Positions 47,920 to 59,414 are shown, counted from the first letter of the stretch. The stretch is 64,000 nucleotides of DNA from Calothrix sp. NIES-2100 (GCA_002368195.1 AP018178.1:5209286-5273285); one strand, 5' to 3'. Translations and numbers: made by a program. Notes: a model not told the origin generated them from the letters alone.

Positions 47920-49536
47920 GTGCGCTTTAAATTTTTGGCGCTGATGAGTTCAATGGCGATCGCCGTTGTCTCAGTACCCAAAGCTACAGCCCAAATTCCC
48001 TTTTTACCTAACTTGCCAACTCCTAGTAGTGTAAGTAAAGATTCAGACAATAGAATTGTTAATGGCTGGATCTATTTAGACGGTCGCAGGTTGTTTCAAA
48101 TAGCAGCAACCAGAAGCAATTTTCCAGAGCGATCGCAAAATATTCAACAAAACTTGAATGAAATTAGCCAAAATTACCTGCGTTCATCTGCACAAACCAT
48201 CAATGTCCAGGTAGAAAAAGTCAAAGAAGTCCCTGTAATTACCATCAACGGTCAATACCTGATGACCGTTACTTCTGAAGACGCAAGACTGCGAGAGGAA
48301 GATGCAACACTTACAGCCAATCAAATCACAGATACTTTGCAAGAAGCCTTGCAAAGAGCTAAACAAGAGCGAAATACGCAATACATCATCGATCAGGGTA
48401 AAATAGCAGCTGCGATCGCAGTGGCAATGCTCTTGGCTAGTTGGGGTGTCTATAGTTGGCAGCGTCGTTCTTCAGGACATACAATCAATCCTACTCCCCC
48501 GGCTTCTCGCCAAACCCAACAAATTACTACTCAACTCAAACAACAGCAACATCAGCATTTACACGAAGTTAAAAAACGCCTGTTTCAGCTATCTCAAACA
48601 GGAATTTGGGGAGGTGGTACTTTTATCATCTTAGGTCTATTCCCCTACACGCGAGTTTGGCAATTAGCAATTCTCTCAGCTGCGCAAATTCCCCTGAGAT
48701 TGGGTATTGTAGCGCTGGGAACTTATGTAGCGATCCGTTTTAGCTACGCTTTGATTGACCGCTTTACCTCCACTCTCATCAGCAGCGGTGCTTTATTTAA
48801 CTCCGATACTTCCGAACGGTTACAATTACGTGTTTCTACGTTTTCTGGCGTAACTAAAAGTATTGCAACTATTACCTGTGTGACAGTTGGCTTTTTCCTA
48901 GCACTCATCGCTTTGGGGATAGATATCGTCCCCTTATTAGCGGGTGCGAGTCTGGTGGGTGTTGCAGTTTCCCTAGCTTCGCAAAACCTGATTAAAGATG
49001 CGATTAACGGCTTTTTGATTATCCTAGAAGACCAGTACGCTTTAGGCGATGTGATTAATGTCGGAACAGTGGGAGGTTTAGTAGAAAATCTGAATTTGCG
49101 GATGACTCAAGTCCGGGATTCCGAAGGGCGGTTAATCACTATTCCCAATAGTGAAATCAAAATCGTTGCAAATCTTTCTAGCCGTTGGTCAAGAGCCGAT
49201 TTAACCATTCCCGTAGACTACCAAGCTAATATCGACGAAGTTCTGAAGATAATTAGCACTGTTGCTATGGATATGGATGAAGATCCATTATGGCAGCATC
49301 AGATTGTCGAAACACCAAAAGTTTTGGGAGTTGATAATTTTGGCGATCGCGGTTTAATTATTCGTGTCTGGATTAAAACTCAGCCACTCAAACAATGGGA
49401 TGTGGCGCGGGAATACCGCCGTCGTCTCAAAATCGCCTTTGATCAAGCCGGAATCACTATTCCTGTACCTCAACAAGCGATTTGGATCAATGATGCGCAA
49501 TTGCAGCAACTCCAGGAGAATGGCAAAGCTAATTAG
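47920..49536 (+). CDS. Mechanosensitive ion channel (MscS family)
   Basis: 538-aa ORF with TM helices followed by the MscS beta-domain signature DAINGFLIILEDQYALGDVINVG...TQVRDSEGRLITIPNSEI. Confidence 0.8.
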   Translation: MRFKFLALMSSMAIAVVSVPKATAQIPFLPNLPTPSSVSKDSDNRIVNGWIYLDGRRLFQIAATRSNFPERSQNIQQNLNEISQNYLRSSAQTINVQVEKVKEVPVITINGQYLMTVTSEDARLREEDATLTANQITDTLQEALQRAKQERNTQYIIDQGKIAAAIAVAMLLASWGVYSWQRRSSGHTINPTPPASRQTQQITTQLKQQQHQHLHEVKKRLFQLSQTGIWGGGTFIILGLFPYTRVWQLAILSAAQIPLRLGIVALGTYVAIRFSYALIDRFTSTLISSGALFNSDTSERLQLRVSTFSGVTKSIATITCVTVGFFLALIALGIDIVPLLAGASLVGVAVSLASQNLIKDAINGFLIILEDQYALGDVINVGTVGGLVENLNLRMTQVRDSEGRLITIPNSEIKIVANLSSRWSRADLTIPVDYQANIDEVLKIISTVAMDMDEDPLWQHQIVETPKVLGVDNFGDRGLIIRVWIKTQPLKQWDVAREYRRRLKIAFDQAGITIPVPQQAIWINDAQLQQLQENGKAN

Positions 49537-49568
49537 TCATTAGTCATTGGTCATTTGTCATTTGTCAT
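49533..49568. repeat. STRR array overlapping the MscS stop codon
   Basis: ttagtcattagtcattggtcatttgtcatttgtcat. Confidence 0.8.
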
Positions 49569-49605
49569 AATTTATACGACAAATGTATTTGTAGGGGCGG
49601 GAAAA

Positions 49606-49826
49606 CCCCCATTGGTGTCAACTTAAGTCAAAACGCTTATTCCACAGGCATTTTACCCCACCCCTCAATCCCCTCCCCGTAAACGGGGAGGGGACGTTTT
49701 GGCTTTTAGACAAAACTGGGGTGGGGTAGCGCGGATCTTGGTGCTACGTGATTTTGTATCAAATCATATCTTGGCAAGGGTTTCACGTTAAGTTGACACG
49801 TATGGGTTTCCCCGCCCTTCAGGACA
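49606..49826. repeat. MITE-like element (family A), second copy
   Basis: It has ~35-bp TIRs (GTAGGGGCGGGAAAACCCCCATTGGTGTCAACTTAAG ... CACGTTAAGTTGACACGTATGGGTTTCCCCGCCC). The internal CCCCTCCCCGTAAACGGGGAGGGG hairpin is the same as at 19812-20046. Confidence 0.75.
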
Positions 49827-50130
49827 ATTTTTTGAACCGCAGAGGACGCAGAGGGTAATCAGTTTTGCTAACTCCGAATTTAGGATTTGTGTGTACACCG
49901 CAGCTTTATAGGAGAGAGGTTTAGCAGAGAGATGAATTGAGGGAAAGTTTCATTTTTCTTTGAAGTTGACAAAAATCTTTCAGCCAACAAGAAAAAACTC
50001 ATCATTATATTGTTAATTTTTGTAAAATTGAAGTCTTCAAGACTAGAATAGCAAGATGTAGATAGCTAAACTAACAATAAGTACATCTTTACTGTTAATC
50101 ATTAAAAGTTAATGTGGCCCAATAGCCTCA

Positions 50131-53100
50131 ATGATCCCAGTACAACTAATTCTTAAAAATTTCCTCAGTTATCGTGATGCAACTTTAGATTTCCGGGGTT
50201 TGCATACAGCTTGTATTTGTGGTTCCAATGGTGCGGGTAAATCTTCCCTTCTGGAAGCAATCACTTGGGCAATTTGGGGTGAAAGCCGCGCCGCTGCTGA
50301 AGATGATGTGATTCATTCAGGATCTAAAGAAGTTCGGGTTGATTTCACTTTCCAAAGTAATCAGCAAAAATACCGGGTAATTCGCACCCGTGTACGGAGT
50401 GGAACTAGTGCTTTGGAATTTCAAATCGAAACGCCTTCTGGTTTTCGCCCGCTGACAGGTAAAGGAGTCAGAGCCACCCAAGATTTGATTTTAGAACATA
50501 TCAAGCTGGATTACGATACTTTTATTAATTCTGCCTACCTGCGTCAAGGTCGGGCGGATGAATTTATGCTCAAGCGTCCGGCTGAACGCAAGGAGATTTT
50601 AGCAGAGTTATTAAAACTCAATCAGTATGATGATTTGGAAGAACGAGCAAAGGAATCATCCCGTCAGTTTAAAGCACGGGCGGAGGAATTGGAGCGTTCT
50701 TTAGAGTCGATTAAAATTCAGTTACAACAACGGGAGACTACTCAAGCCCAAAAAGCCGAGTTAGAAGCAGAACATAACCAACTGCAACAGGTGCAAGCTT
50801 TTGAGACGATTCAATTACAAAGTTTGCAAGTTGTCCAGCACCAACGGCAAACTAAAGTTGAACAACTGAGTTTTGTAAGACAGCAATACCAAAATCTTAC
50901 CCAAGATTGCGATCGCCTCCAACAAGAACAGTTAGCTGTTAAAAGTCAAATCTCCGAATTAGAAAAGATATTAAGTCAAGAAGCCGAAATTAAAGCCGGA
51001 TATCTTCATTATCAAAATCTGCAATCGCAAGAAGAAGCTTTTGCTACCAAATTTGTAGAATATAGCCGCGCTGGGCAAACTCGTCAACAAAAGCAACAGC
51101 AACTAAGCAAACAAATTCAGGAAATTGAACGCCAACTGCAACAAGCCCAAGCCCAATTAGAAGCTTTGCAGCAACAAGAGCGAGAAATTCAGCAAACGCT
51201 GACAAAATCCGCTGAGGTGGAAACTGCTTTAGCCCAACTCACAGCAGCACGTCAACGGGTAGCGCATTTCGATCAACTGCAAATGCAGGTGAGTCCCTTA
51301 TTGCAACAACGCGCAACTTTACAAAGCCAACTCGATAGATTTCATGCGGGTTTGGTGGCGCGGATTGAACAGCTAGCAACGACAGAAAATCAACTCCAAC
51401 GCCAGCAACATCGCCAACCGCAACTCCAACAAGCAGTGATGGATGTGGCGATTCAAATTGAAGAATTGGAGAAAAAGCGGGTTTATTTGCAACGAGTCCA
51501 AGAAAAAGGACAGGAAAGGCGACATTTTATTGAACGGCTGCAAGCGCATCAACGAGATTATGAGAAACTCATGGGAGAATTAGAGCAAAAACTGCAAATG
51601 CTCCAAAATCCCAATGCGCTGTGTCCATTGTGTGAACGTCCCCTTGATGAACATCACTGGAACCGAGTGGTGGAAAAAACTGAAGAAGAGTTAAAAGATA
51701 CACAGGGTCAATTTTGGGTAGTCCGAGAACAAATGGCTGTATCGGACAGAGAGATTCAAGTGCTTAGGCAAGAATACAGAGATATATCTCAACAGTTAGC
51801 AACTTATGATACTTTGCGCGAACAACGGGGACAGTTAGCCGCCCAACTAGAAGCTACCAGCGATGTGCAACAACAACTACAACAAATTGCGCTGGAAAGA
51901 CAACATTTAGAGCGATCGCTACAATTAGGTGATTACGCCCCAGATAAACAAGCTGAACTGCGGCAATTAGACCAATATCTGCAACAACTCAATTATAATG
52001 AGCAAGATCATGCCCTAGCGCGGAGTGAAGTCGAGCGCTGGCGGTGGGCAGAAATTAAACTCCAGCAGATTAAAGACGCAAATAAGCGCCAAACCCAACT
52101 CGCAGCCCGCAAACCAGAGCTAGAAGCTGCTATTGCCCAATTGAGAACGAGAATCGAGCAAGAACACACTGATTCTGACTGTGCCAGAGAAATAGCCGCC
52201 CTCGATCGTTATATTACAGAACTCGGCTACAGTTCTGAGCAGCACAATCAATTGCGGATGGCTGTCAGACAAAATCAATCTTGGCAGTTACGCCATCAAC
52301 AGATGTTATCAGCCCAGCAGCAATATCCGCAACTCCAGACGCGATCGCAAGAATTAGCAGCAGCCAAAACTGCGCGATTGGCTGAACGGCAAATACTAGC
52401 TAGCCAAATCGACAGTATTCAACAACAGTTAGAGGAAACTGCTAACCCGACTGCGCAAATTCAAGCTTTAGAACAGCAACTGCAAGTACGCAGACGACTA
52501 CTCGATGAACAATTAGCCAAATTAGGGCGTTTAGAACAGTTGGCGGTGCAACTCGAAGCCTTACAAGTTCAGTACGAACAACAGCAGCAGCAATTGCTTT
52601 CTTGCAAGCAGCAACAGCGTGTATATCAGGAATTAGCCCAGGCGTTTGGTAAAAATGGCATCCAAGCACTGATGATAGAAAACGTGTTGCCGCAATTGGA
52701 AGCTGAGACGAATCAATTACTTTCTCGCCTCAGCGCCAATCAGCTTCATGTGCAATTTATTACCCAAAAAGCTGGACGCAATGGGAAATCAACCAAGAAA
52801 AATGTCAAGCTGATAGATACTCTAGACATTTTAATTGCCGATGCGAGAGGCACAAGGGCTTATGAAACATACTCTGGTGGGGAAGCTTTTAGAATTAACT
52901 TTGCCATTCGCCTCGCCCTGGCGAAATTATTGGCACAGCGGGCGGGGGCGGCGTTGCAATTGTTGATTGTCGATGAAGGTTTTGGTACTCAAGATGCAGA
53001 AGGATGCGATCGCTTGATTGCCGCGATTAATGCGATCGCCTCCGATTTTGCCTGCATCCTCACCGTTACCCATATGCCCCACCTCAAAGAAGCTTTTCAA

Positions 53101-53157
53101 GCCCGGATTGAAGTCAATAAAAATCAACAAGGTTCACAAGTACGGTTGTTAATTTAA
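50131..53157 (+). CDS. sbcC: SbcC/Rad50-family ATPase (DNA double-strand-break repair exonuclease subunit)
   Basis: 1008-aa ORF. The N-terminal Walker A is CGSNGAGKSS. A long central coiled coil contains a CPLC zinc hook (LCPLCERPL). The C-terminal signature and D-loop are YSGGEAFRINFAIRLAL and LLIVDEGFG. Confidence 0.85.
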   Translation: MIPVQLILKNFLSYRDATLDFRGLHTACICGSNGAGKSSLLEAITWAIWGESRAAAEDDVIHSGSKEVRVDFTFQSNQQKYRVIRTRVRSGTSALEFQIETPSGFRPLTGKGVRATQDLILEHIKLDYDTFINSAYLRQGRADEFMLKRPAERKEILAELLKLNQYDDLEERAKESSRQFKARAEELERSLESIKIQLQQRETTQAQKAELEAEHNQLQQVQAFETIQLQSLQVVQHQRQTKVEQLSFVRQQYQNLTQDCDRLQQEQLAVKSQISELEKILSQEAEIKAGYLHYQNLQSQEEAFATKFVEYSRAGQTRQQKQQQLSKQIQEIERQLQQAQAQLEALQQQEREIQQTLTKSAEVETALAQLTAARQRVAHFDQLQMQVSPLLQQRATLQSQLDRFHAGLVARIEQLATTENQLQRQQHRQPQLQQAVMDVAIQIEELEKKRVYLQRVQEKGQERRHFIERLQAHQRDYEKLMGELEQKLQMLQNPNALCPLCERPLDEHHWNRVVEKTEEELKDTQGQFWVVREQMAVSDREIQVLRQEYRDISQQLATYDTLREQRGQLAAQLEATSDVQQQLQQIALERQHLERSLQLGDYAPDKQAELRQLDQYLQQLNYNEQDHALARSEVERWRWAEIKLQQIKDANKRQTQLAARKPELEAAIAQLRTRIEQEHTDSDCAREIAALDRYITELGYSSEQHNQLRMAVRQNQSWQLRHQQMLSAQQQYPQLQTRSQELAAAKTARLAERQILASQIDSIQQQLEETANPTAQIQALEQQLQVRRRLLDEQLAKLGRLEQLAVQLEALQVQYEQQQQQLLSCKQQQRVYQELAQAFGKNGIQALMIENVLPQLEAETNQLLSRLSANQLHVQFITQKAGRNGKSTKKNVKLIDTLDILIADARGTRAYETYSGGEAFRINFAIRLALAKLLAQRAGAALQLLIVDEGFGTQDAEGCDRLIAAINAIASDFACILTVTHMPHLKEAFQARIEVNKNQQGSQVRLLI

Positions 53158-53815
53158 ATTTCGGGCAGGAGAAATTGTCATACCCTGATTGTGGGTGCGA
53201 TCGCATCAACAACAATACCAAATTTGTAGGGTACTTCAGGAGATAATACAAATCTTGCACTATAAATGTCTAGAAATGATAACAAATTGGCACAGATAAT
53301 ATTGTTTGAGAATCTACAGAACAGCCTTGTGTGAAAGGTAATTACGAATTACGAATTACATGGTGTAGGACTCATATTTGATTTTTGAACCAACCACAAA
53401 CCGCGTATTAATCAAGGCTTTTAATTGTAAATATAAAATTATTATTACATTTGAGCAAAATGTATATAAATTATGTTTATCAATTTAAGTAAAAATTATA
53501 TTAAGATTTGCAAATTTTATCTAATATTAAGTTAATAATATTAAAACCTTAGAGATTTAATATAAAAGGTTTATTTAATCTAAGTGAGATTTTATATATA
53601 AGTTAATTTCTTTTACAAAACTGAAATTAGCCAGGAATAATATAATATTTTATTATTCGCAAACTCACAATCATGAGAGTAAATTTAAAACATGACTTAG
53701 GCATCAATCCAATTGCTGAAAACACAAGCTGAAACATAATAATTGTAAAAATTATATTTTATTTGTAATATCTATATAGGGAAAATGTGGATTGGCGACA
53801 TATTAAAACAGGTGA

Positions 53816-55942
53816 TTGATTATGCAAATCACGAGAATATTCCGAAAAATTAAACAAAGACTGCGCATCATAAAAGAGACTACCACGATTGTAGTTATGC
53901 TTGGTTTGTTTACCTACTTATTAGGTAAAATATTAGCCGTATATCAAGCAAATTTACTATTACCGAAAATTAAAAATCTCTCAAACTATGAACTCAAAAA
54001 AATTACTTGGCTAACTCAAAAAGAACCAAAAACAAGTAGCCAAAAAAATAAGAAATTGTTGAGTAAGCAGAGCCTAATAGAAGTATTCAACAAGTATGAA
54101 TGTCTCAAACTGAATAATTCTTTAGGCGAAGTTGCTCAAAATTGCGCTTCCCATTTAGAAAATATAGTCAAAGAAAGAACTGCGGAATTAGAAAAAGAAA
54201 TTGCTGAACGCAAAAAGATACAAACAGAACTAGAAAAATCCTTGTCTTTGCAATGTGCAACTTTAGAATCCACCGCTGATGGGATTTTAGTAGTAGATAG
54301 CCAAGGTATCATTGCAGGTTTTAATCAAAAGTTTCTCCAGATGTGGCGCATTCCTGAGTCGCTAATAACTTCAGGAAATTACACAAAAGCGCTTTTATTG
54401 GCGATGAAACAGCTAGAAGCTCCGAGACAGTATCTTGCTACTATTAGAGAATTACATCTGAACCCAGATACACAGATTTATGATGCGATCGCCTTTAAGG
54501 ATGGGAGGGTATTCGAGCGCTATTCCCAACCGCAATGCATAGCTGGTGAAATTGTGGGTAGAGTGTGGAGTTTTCGCGATATCACAGCGCACAAGTTAGC
54601 CGAAGCCAAAATCCGTCATCAAGCTTTGCATGACCTGTTAACTAATCTACCAAATCGAGTACTATTCAATGAGCGACTTGACCAAGCATTAGCACAGGCG
54701 CAAAAAACTGGTAGTAAACTAGCTGTATGTTTTTTAGACTTAGATCGCTTCAAAACTATCAACGATACACTAAGTCATGGGATTGGAGATAAATTATTGC
54801 AGAGTGTTGCTCAACGTCTAAAAGAATCTCTGCGAGATACTGATACCCTGGCGCGTTGGGGAGGCGATGAATTCACTCTAATTTTACCAGATATCAAAGA
54901 TACTAAAGAAGTTGCCCAGATCCAAGACCGCATCCTAGCCGCTTTCAAACCAGTATTTGAGATAGAAAATTACCATTTGCATATCAGTCCTAGTATCGGC
55001 ATTGCCATTTATCCCAAGCATGGGCAAGATCCAGAAACCCTAATTAAACATGCTGATGCTGCACTAGATACTGTCAAATCCCAAGGACGCAACCATTATC
55101 AATTTTATCACTCAGCTATTAATTCTGGCTCTTCTGAATTGTTAAACTTAGAAAATAGCTTATACTCTGCTTTAGAGCGGCAAGAATTTGAAATTTACTA
55201 CCAACCACAAGTTAATGTTACTACAGGTAAAATTACAAAAATAGAAGCTTTACTGCGTTGGCATCACGTAGAATTAGGTCTGATTTCACCTGATAAATTT
55301 ATCCCGATTGCAGAAGAAACAGGATTAATTTTACCCATTGGCGAGTGGGTTTTAAAAACAGCCTGCGCTCAAACTAAATACTGGCAAGATACTCTAGGTT
55401 TATCCTCACTCTCAGTAGCAGTTAACCTTTCTGCACGACAATTTCAACAACATGACTTGGTAAAGATCGTCTCGCAGATATTATCAGAAACTCAATTAAA
55501 ACCCCAGAGTTTAGAGTTGGAAATAACTGAAAGTATTGCTATGCAAAATATTGAATTCAATCAAAAAATTTTGAGTGAATTATACGATTTAGGTGTCTCA
55601 ATATCCATAGACGATTTTGGTACAGGATATTGTTCTTTAAGTTATCTCAAAAATTTTCCAATTAATTGTATAAAAATTGACAAATCCTTTATCCGCGATT
55701 TATCCCATGATCATCATGATGCAGCGATTACAACTGCCATAATTGGCTTAGCACATGGACTGAAGCTTGCAGTTGTTGCCGAAGGAGTAGAAACTGAAGA
55801 ACAACGCAATTTGTTACAAATTCTCGATTGTGAGCTAATGCAAGGTTACCTATTTAGTCACCCCTTATCAGCACAAGATATTACAGCACTACTGCGAAAG
55901 ACTAAATCCCGCCGAATTAGTACATCTTTTTTAGTTGCTTAG
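53816..55942 (+). CDS. PAS-GGDEF-EAL signalling protein (c-di-GMP cyclase/phosphodiesterase)
   Basis: 708-aa ORF with an N-terminal TM segment and a PAS region. The GGDEF motif is RWGGDEF. The EAL domain includes ALLRW and the EAL-like segment ELEITES. Confidence 0.8.
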   Translation: MIMQITRIFRKIKQRLRIIKETTTIVVMLGLFTYLLGKILAVYQANLLLPKIKNLSNYELKKITWLTQKEPKTSSQKNKKLLSKQSLIEVFNKYECLKLNNSLGEVAQNCASHLENIVKERTAELEKEIAERKKIQTELEKSLSLQCATLESTADGILVVDSQGIIAGFNQKFLQMWRIPESLITSGNYTKALLLAMKQLEAPRQYLATIRELHLNPDTQIYDAIAFKDGRVFERYSQPQCIAGEIVGRVWSFRDITAHKLAEAKIRHQALHDLLTNLPNRVLFNERLDQALAQAQKTGSKLAVCFLDLDRFKTINDTLSHGIGDKLLQSVAQRLKESLRDTDTLARWGGDEFTLILPDIKDTKEVAQIQDRILAAFKPVFEIENYHLHISPSIGIAIYPKHGQDPETLIKHADAALDTVKSQGRNHYQFYHSAINSGSSELLNLENSLYSALERQEFEIYYQPQVNVTTGKITKIEALLRWHHVELGLISPDKFIPIAEETGLILPIGEWVLKTACAQTKYWQDTLGLSSLSVAVNLSARQFQQHDLVKIVSQILSETQLKPQSLELEITESIAMQNIEFNQKILSELYDLGVSISIDDFGTGYCSLSYLKNFPINCIKIDKSFIRDLSHDHHDAAITTAIIGLAHGLKLAVVAEGVETEEQRNLLQILDCELMQGYLFSHPLSAQDITALLRKTKSRRISTSFLVA

Positions 55943-56080
55943 TCAAGTGAAGGATAAAGGATGAAGTATAAAATGACCCCAAAAATAGGGAATTTCGATG
56001 AAATCTTAAGATTGAAGCGATCGCACCAGAACTTTGGCAGCGATCTGAAGTATTGTAATCCCAGATAAGATACTCAGGTT

Positions 56081-56866
56081 TTGAAGATGTGTCAACTGCT
56101 GGGAATGAATTGTAATACCCCAACAGATATCTGCTTTTCTTTTGAAGGTTTTTCTGCGAGGGGAGGAAAAACTGACGATCACTGCGATGGTTGGGGTATA
56201 GCGTTTTTTGAAGAAAAGGGATGTCGGATTTTTATCGATGACAAACCCTCTGTTACTTCTCCGGTAGCGGATTTGGTGCGGCGCTATCCCATCCACTCTA
56301 CCCATGTAATTGCCCATATTCGTAAAGCCACCCAAGGCGAAGTGGCTTTACAAAACTGTCATCCTTTCCAAAGGGAACTTTGGGGGAGGTATTGGGTGTT
56401 TGCTCATAACGGAAATTTACCCGATTTTAATCCAGAAAACATGGGCTTTTATCAAGCTGTGGGTGACACCGACAGTGAAAAAGCATTCTGTATTATCTTA
56501 GAAACTCTCAGACAAAGCTTTCCCTCAAAAAAACCGCCGCTTGAGAAACTATATCCGGTACTACGTCAAGTGACTGAGCAACTCGCATCATTTGGTGTAT
56601 TTAATTACTTGCTATCAGATGGAGAACACTTTTTTGCCCACTGTTCAACTAAACTCAGCTACATTGTGCGTCAAGCGCCCTTTGCAGCTGCGCACTTAAT
56701 TGATCAAGATATGACTGTTGATTTTCGGGAGTTGACTTCAGTGCGCGATCGCGTCGCTGTCATCGCTACTACTCCCCTGACTGATAATGAAATCTGGACG
56801 ACAATCCAACCGGGAGAACTTTTAGTTTTCCAGGATGGCTGGCCTATATTATTAGAAGTTCAATAA
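56081..56866 (+). CDS. Class II (Ntn-type) glutamine amidotransferase, YafJ-like
   Basis: 261-aa ORF beginning MCQLLGMN, with Cys2 as the nucleophile. It also carries the HxRxATxG motif (HIRKATQG). Confidence 0.7.
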   Translation: MKMCQLLGMNCNTPTDICFSFEGFSARGGKTDDHCDGWGIAFFEEKGCRIFIDDKPSVTSPVADLVRRYPIHSTHVIAHIRKATQGEVALQNCHPFQRELWGRYWVFAHNGNLPDFNPENMGFYQAVGDTDSEKAFCIILETLRQSFPSKKPPLEKLYPVLRQVTEQLASFGVFNYLLSDGEHFFAHCSTKLSYIVRQAPFAAAHLIDQDMTVDFRELTSVRDRVAVIATTPLTDNEIWTTIQPGELLVFQDGWPILLEVQ

Positions 56867-56906
56867 AAAAACTCTTTGAGTAAGGACTCAAGTCATGACT
56901 AAAAAC

Positions 56907-58202
56907 TTACGAAGAACAAATTGCTAAATTAGATGAGTTGTCAGCTTGTAGTGTAGCTTTGACATACCTATCAATCATCGCTATCACTTGAGCAGGTACT
57001 ACTGGTTTAGTCATAAATTCCGTCGCTCCAAAGACTCTAGACCGGACTGGATCGAGTAGGCGATCGCTTCCTGTTAAAATAACCACTGGTGTTTTGCTCA
57101 AAAAGGAACTGCGACGAAGCTGAGCGCAGATTTCATACCCATTCATGACGGGCATAATTAAGTCTAAAAAAATTAAATCTGGTTTGTTTTGAATCAGAGT
57201 TGGTAGAGCTTGCACTGGCTCTTGAATTCCCATAAATCTTAGCCCATTGGCGGTAATAATTTCCTCCAAAATTTTGCAGGCCTGTGGACTATCATCGACA
57301 CAAGCTATCAGTGGAGCTTTTGATGTTTTGTTTTTTAAGATTTGCACATTTGCTGGATGATTTGTCTCAAGCGGAGTAGAGACACTGAGATGATAAAATT
57401 TTTGAAACTTTAATGCCGCAATTTCATTTTTTGGTTTAGCAACTTCGGTTTTAACTTTAGTACCTGGTAAAGGTAAGTCAGCTATTTCTACAAGTTCCGT
57501 AATTCCTTTATTAATATAGGGAAGCAAAGAACGAGTAACTGGCAACACACCCTGCTTCATTTTTACTGCTAAGTCCCAAAGTGTATATTTGCCGTTAAAT
57601 AAATTCACAAAGTTGTTGTAAACAAATGAGCTTACCTGCTGTTGGAGTTCTTGTGGTTTACGCAATACAGGTGCTAAGTTAGGAGAGACAATCTCTAACC
57701 CGGCTTGCACCCAATTGTACCAAGACTCTTGCATTTGCTTTAATGACATCTGTGCGCTTGTAGCAATCATTGGTGCCTCTAATATGACTTTATGATTGCG
57801 ATTGCAACTCCATGAATAAGTATTTACTTGTTGAGCTAAATCAAATAAAACCTCTGTGATTGTATTTTCAACAATAGCGTTAAGTTGTTCTTGTTTAATT
57901 TTTTGGCATTTATATAAATTTTCCAGTAAGAAATAATCCCAGGGTTCTATTGATAAATTATCTGCATTTACCTGGATAATATTCATATCAACTTGGGGAC
58001 AATTTTGAGCTATACATCTACATAAACGTCTATAAGGATGACTTCCTCCTGTTGCCCAAACTATTTGTCCTAGACGATAATACAAAGACCATTCTTTTCC
58101 TTGTGAATTTTTAAAAGTTAATCTGCCGCTATATTGTAGTTGAGTACATTTATTCAAACCATTCAGCAATTTACTCAATTCTATTGATTTTTGGTTAGTC
58201 AT
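56907..58202 (-). CDS. PatA-type response regulator (N-terminal PATAN-like domain + C-terminal CheY-like receiver)
   Basis: 431-aa ORF. The receiver domain is at the C-terminus (LIACVDDS...DLIFLDLIMPVMNGYE...KTPVVILTGS). The ~300-aa N-terminal region is unrelated to DNA-binding output domains, as in Anabaena PatA. Confidence 0.6.
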   Translation of the reverse strand: MTNQKSIELSKLLNGLNKCTQLQYSGRLTFKNSQGKEWSLYYRLGQIVWATGGSHPYRRLCRCIAQNCPQVDMNIIQVNADNLSIEPWDYFLLENLYKCQKIKQEQLNAIVENTITEVLFDLAQQVNTYSWSCNRNHKVILEAPMIATSAQMSLKQMQESWYNWVQAGLEIVSPNLAPVLRKPQELQQQVSSFVYNNFVNLFNGKYTLWDLAVKMKQGVLPVTRSLLPYINKGITELVEIADLPLPGTKVKTEVAKPKNEIAALKFQKFYHLSVSTPLETNHPANVQILKNKTSKAPLIACVDDSPQACKILEEIITANGLRFMGIQEPVQALPTLIQNKPDLIFLDLIMPVMNGYEICAQLRRSSFLSKTPVVILTGSDRLLDPVRSRVFGATEFMTKPVVPAQVIAMIDRYVKATLQADNSSNLAICSS

Positions 58203-58835
58203 ACTTTATTACCTTCCGAAATCTAGCCAAGTTCACAGGAAAATCTAACTACTTGCTCATTAAAGACTCATCATATAAAAATGATAATTTTTATCCGGAT
58301 GAAGCTACAACAGTAAAAATACTCATGTTTTAAATGTATGCGTATACGTGTTTGAGTTGTCTATTTTTATAGACATTACGCTGTATACAAATTACCTTAA
58401 ATGCTTGAAATACAATATTTTGCATTAGCTTTTTGAGCAGTGATTATTTAAGCTTAATAAAATTTTTAGATTCATCAGGATGTAAAAGAAACGAGGTAAT
58501 TATGAAAATTAAGTAAAGCAACATTTTCAATAACGGTAGTTTCAAAAGTAAAAACTCACAATAAAAAATTAAATATTTTTTTGCATTAATGCCTTTTCCC
58601 TTTTTACTTGTTCGCTAAACAGTACCCACCTTACATAAATTGTTTTCAGGCGTGAAGTTAATAATATCTAGATAAAATGAGGAAATTATGAGGTTCAAGC
58701 CCAGTGTCAGGGAGCATCCCAATTAAGACTCCATACCCTTCTAGGGTGAGGGCATTTTCATCTCGTTTCCAGCCAGTGGCTGGAAATGCTTATCAGGAGG
58801 CGGAGCCTCCCAGATCTACACTCCCAAATTGCTGA

Positions 58836-59270
58836 CTAGACTTGGTTAAGTCGAGCGCGAATAGTTTCTATGCGTTGACGATTGACACCTAAATCGCTCT
58901 GACCCAAGCGGGAAGCAGAGCGCACCTGGATGACATTTGCATTTCGGTCTAAATAGAACTCAACATCATCGACAAAACCAAGTATTGCACTCTTAAACTC
59001 TGCATATAAGTAATCGGGACTTTCGCTAATTATTTGAGTTCTGGGTAAAGACTCAATAATACTTTTAAGATTAGAGATAGCTTCTTCTGGGGTGGATGTG
59101 AAAGTCAACGGAGCAATTTGATGGACAGCATCCGTACTTTGACTGGAAACACAGTTAGGGCTATTGGGACAAGGTACTAATTTACCGTTGTTTACCCCTA
59201 AATTATTTGGTCGTTTGCCTGCAAAAACCATAATTTTATCTGCGAGTATTGTGCTGAAGTTATATTTCAC
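58836..59270 (-). CDS. DUF1499-like small protein
   Basis: 144-aa ORF. The segment RSASRLGQSDLGVNRQRIETIR resembles the DUF1499 C-terminal motif. Confidence 0.4.
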   Translation of the reverse strand: MKYNFSTILADKIMVFAGKRPNNLGVNNGKLVPCPNSPNCVSSQSTDAVHQIAPLTFTSTPEEAISNLKSIIESLPRTQIISESPDYLYAEFKSAILGFVDDVEFYLDRNANVIQVRSASRLGQSDLGVNRQRIETIRARLNQV

Positions 59271-59414
59271 TCTAGGAGAAATAGTTGGTCACAAGCAAGC
59301 TGAGTGAGAAATCAGCCCAGACACACAACCAGAAATAATCCGCAGGCGGACTAAAACAATGGTGATGCGATCGCTTTATGATGCGGATAAGTACTATATT
59401 TTTGAAAACAAATT

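Noticed and set aside
58640-58720. tRNA-like T-loop sequence GGTTCAAGCCC near 58685.
   Set aside because: The preceding ~70 nt cannot be folded into acceptor/D/anticodon arms. It is more likely a chance match within an AT-rich leader or terminator region.
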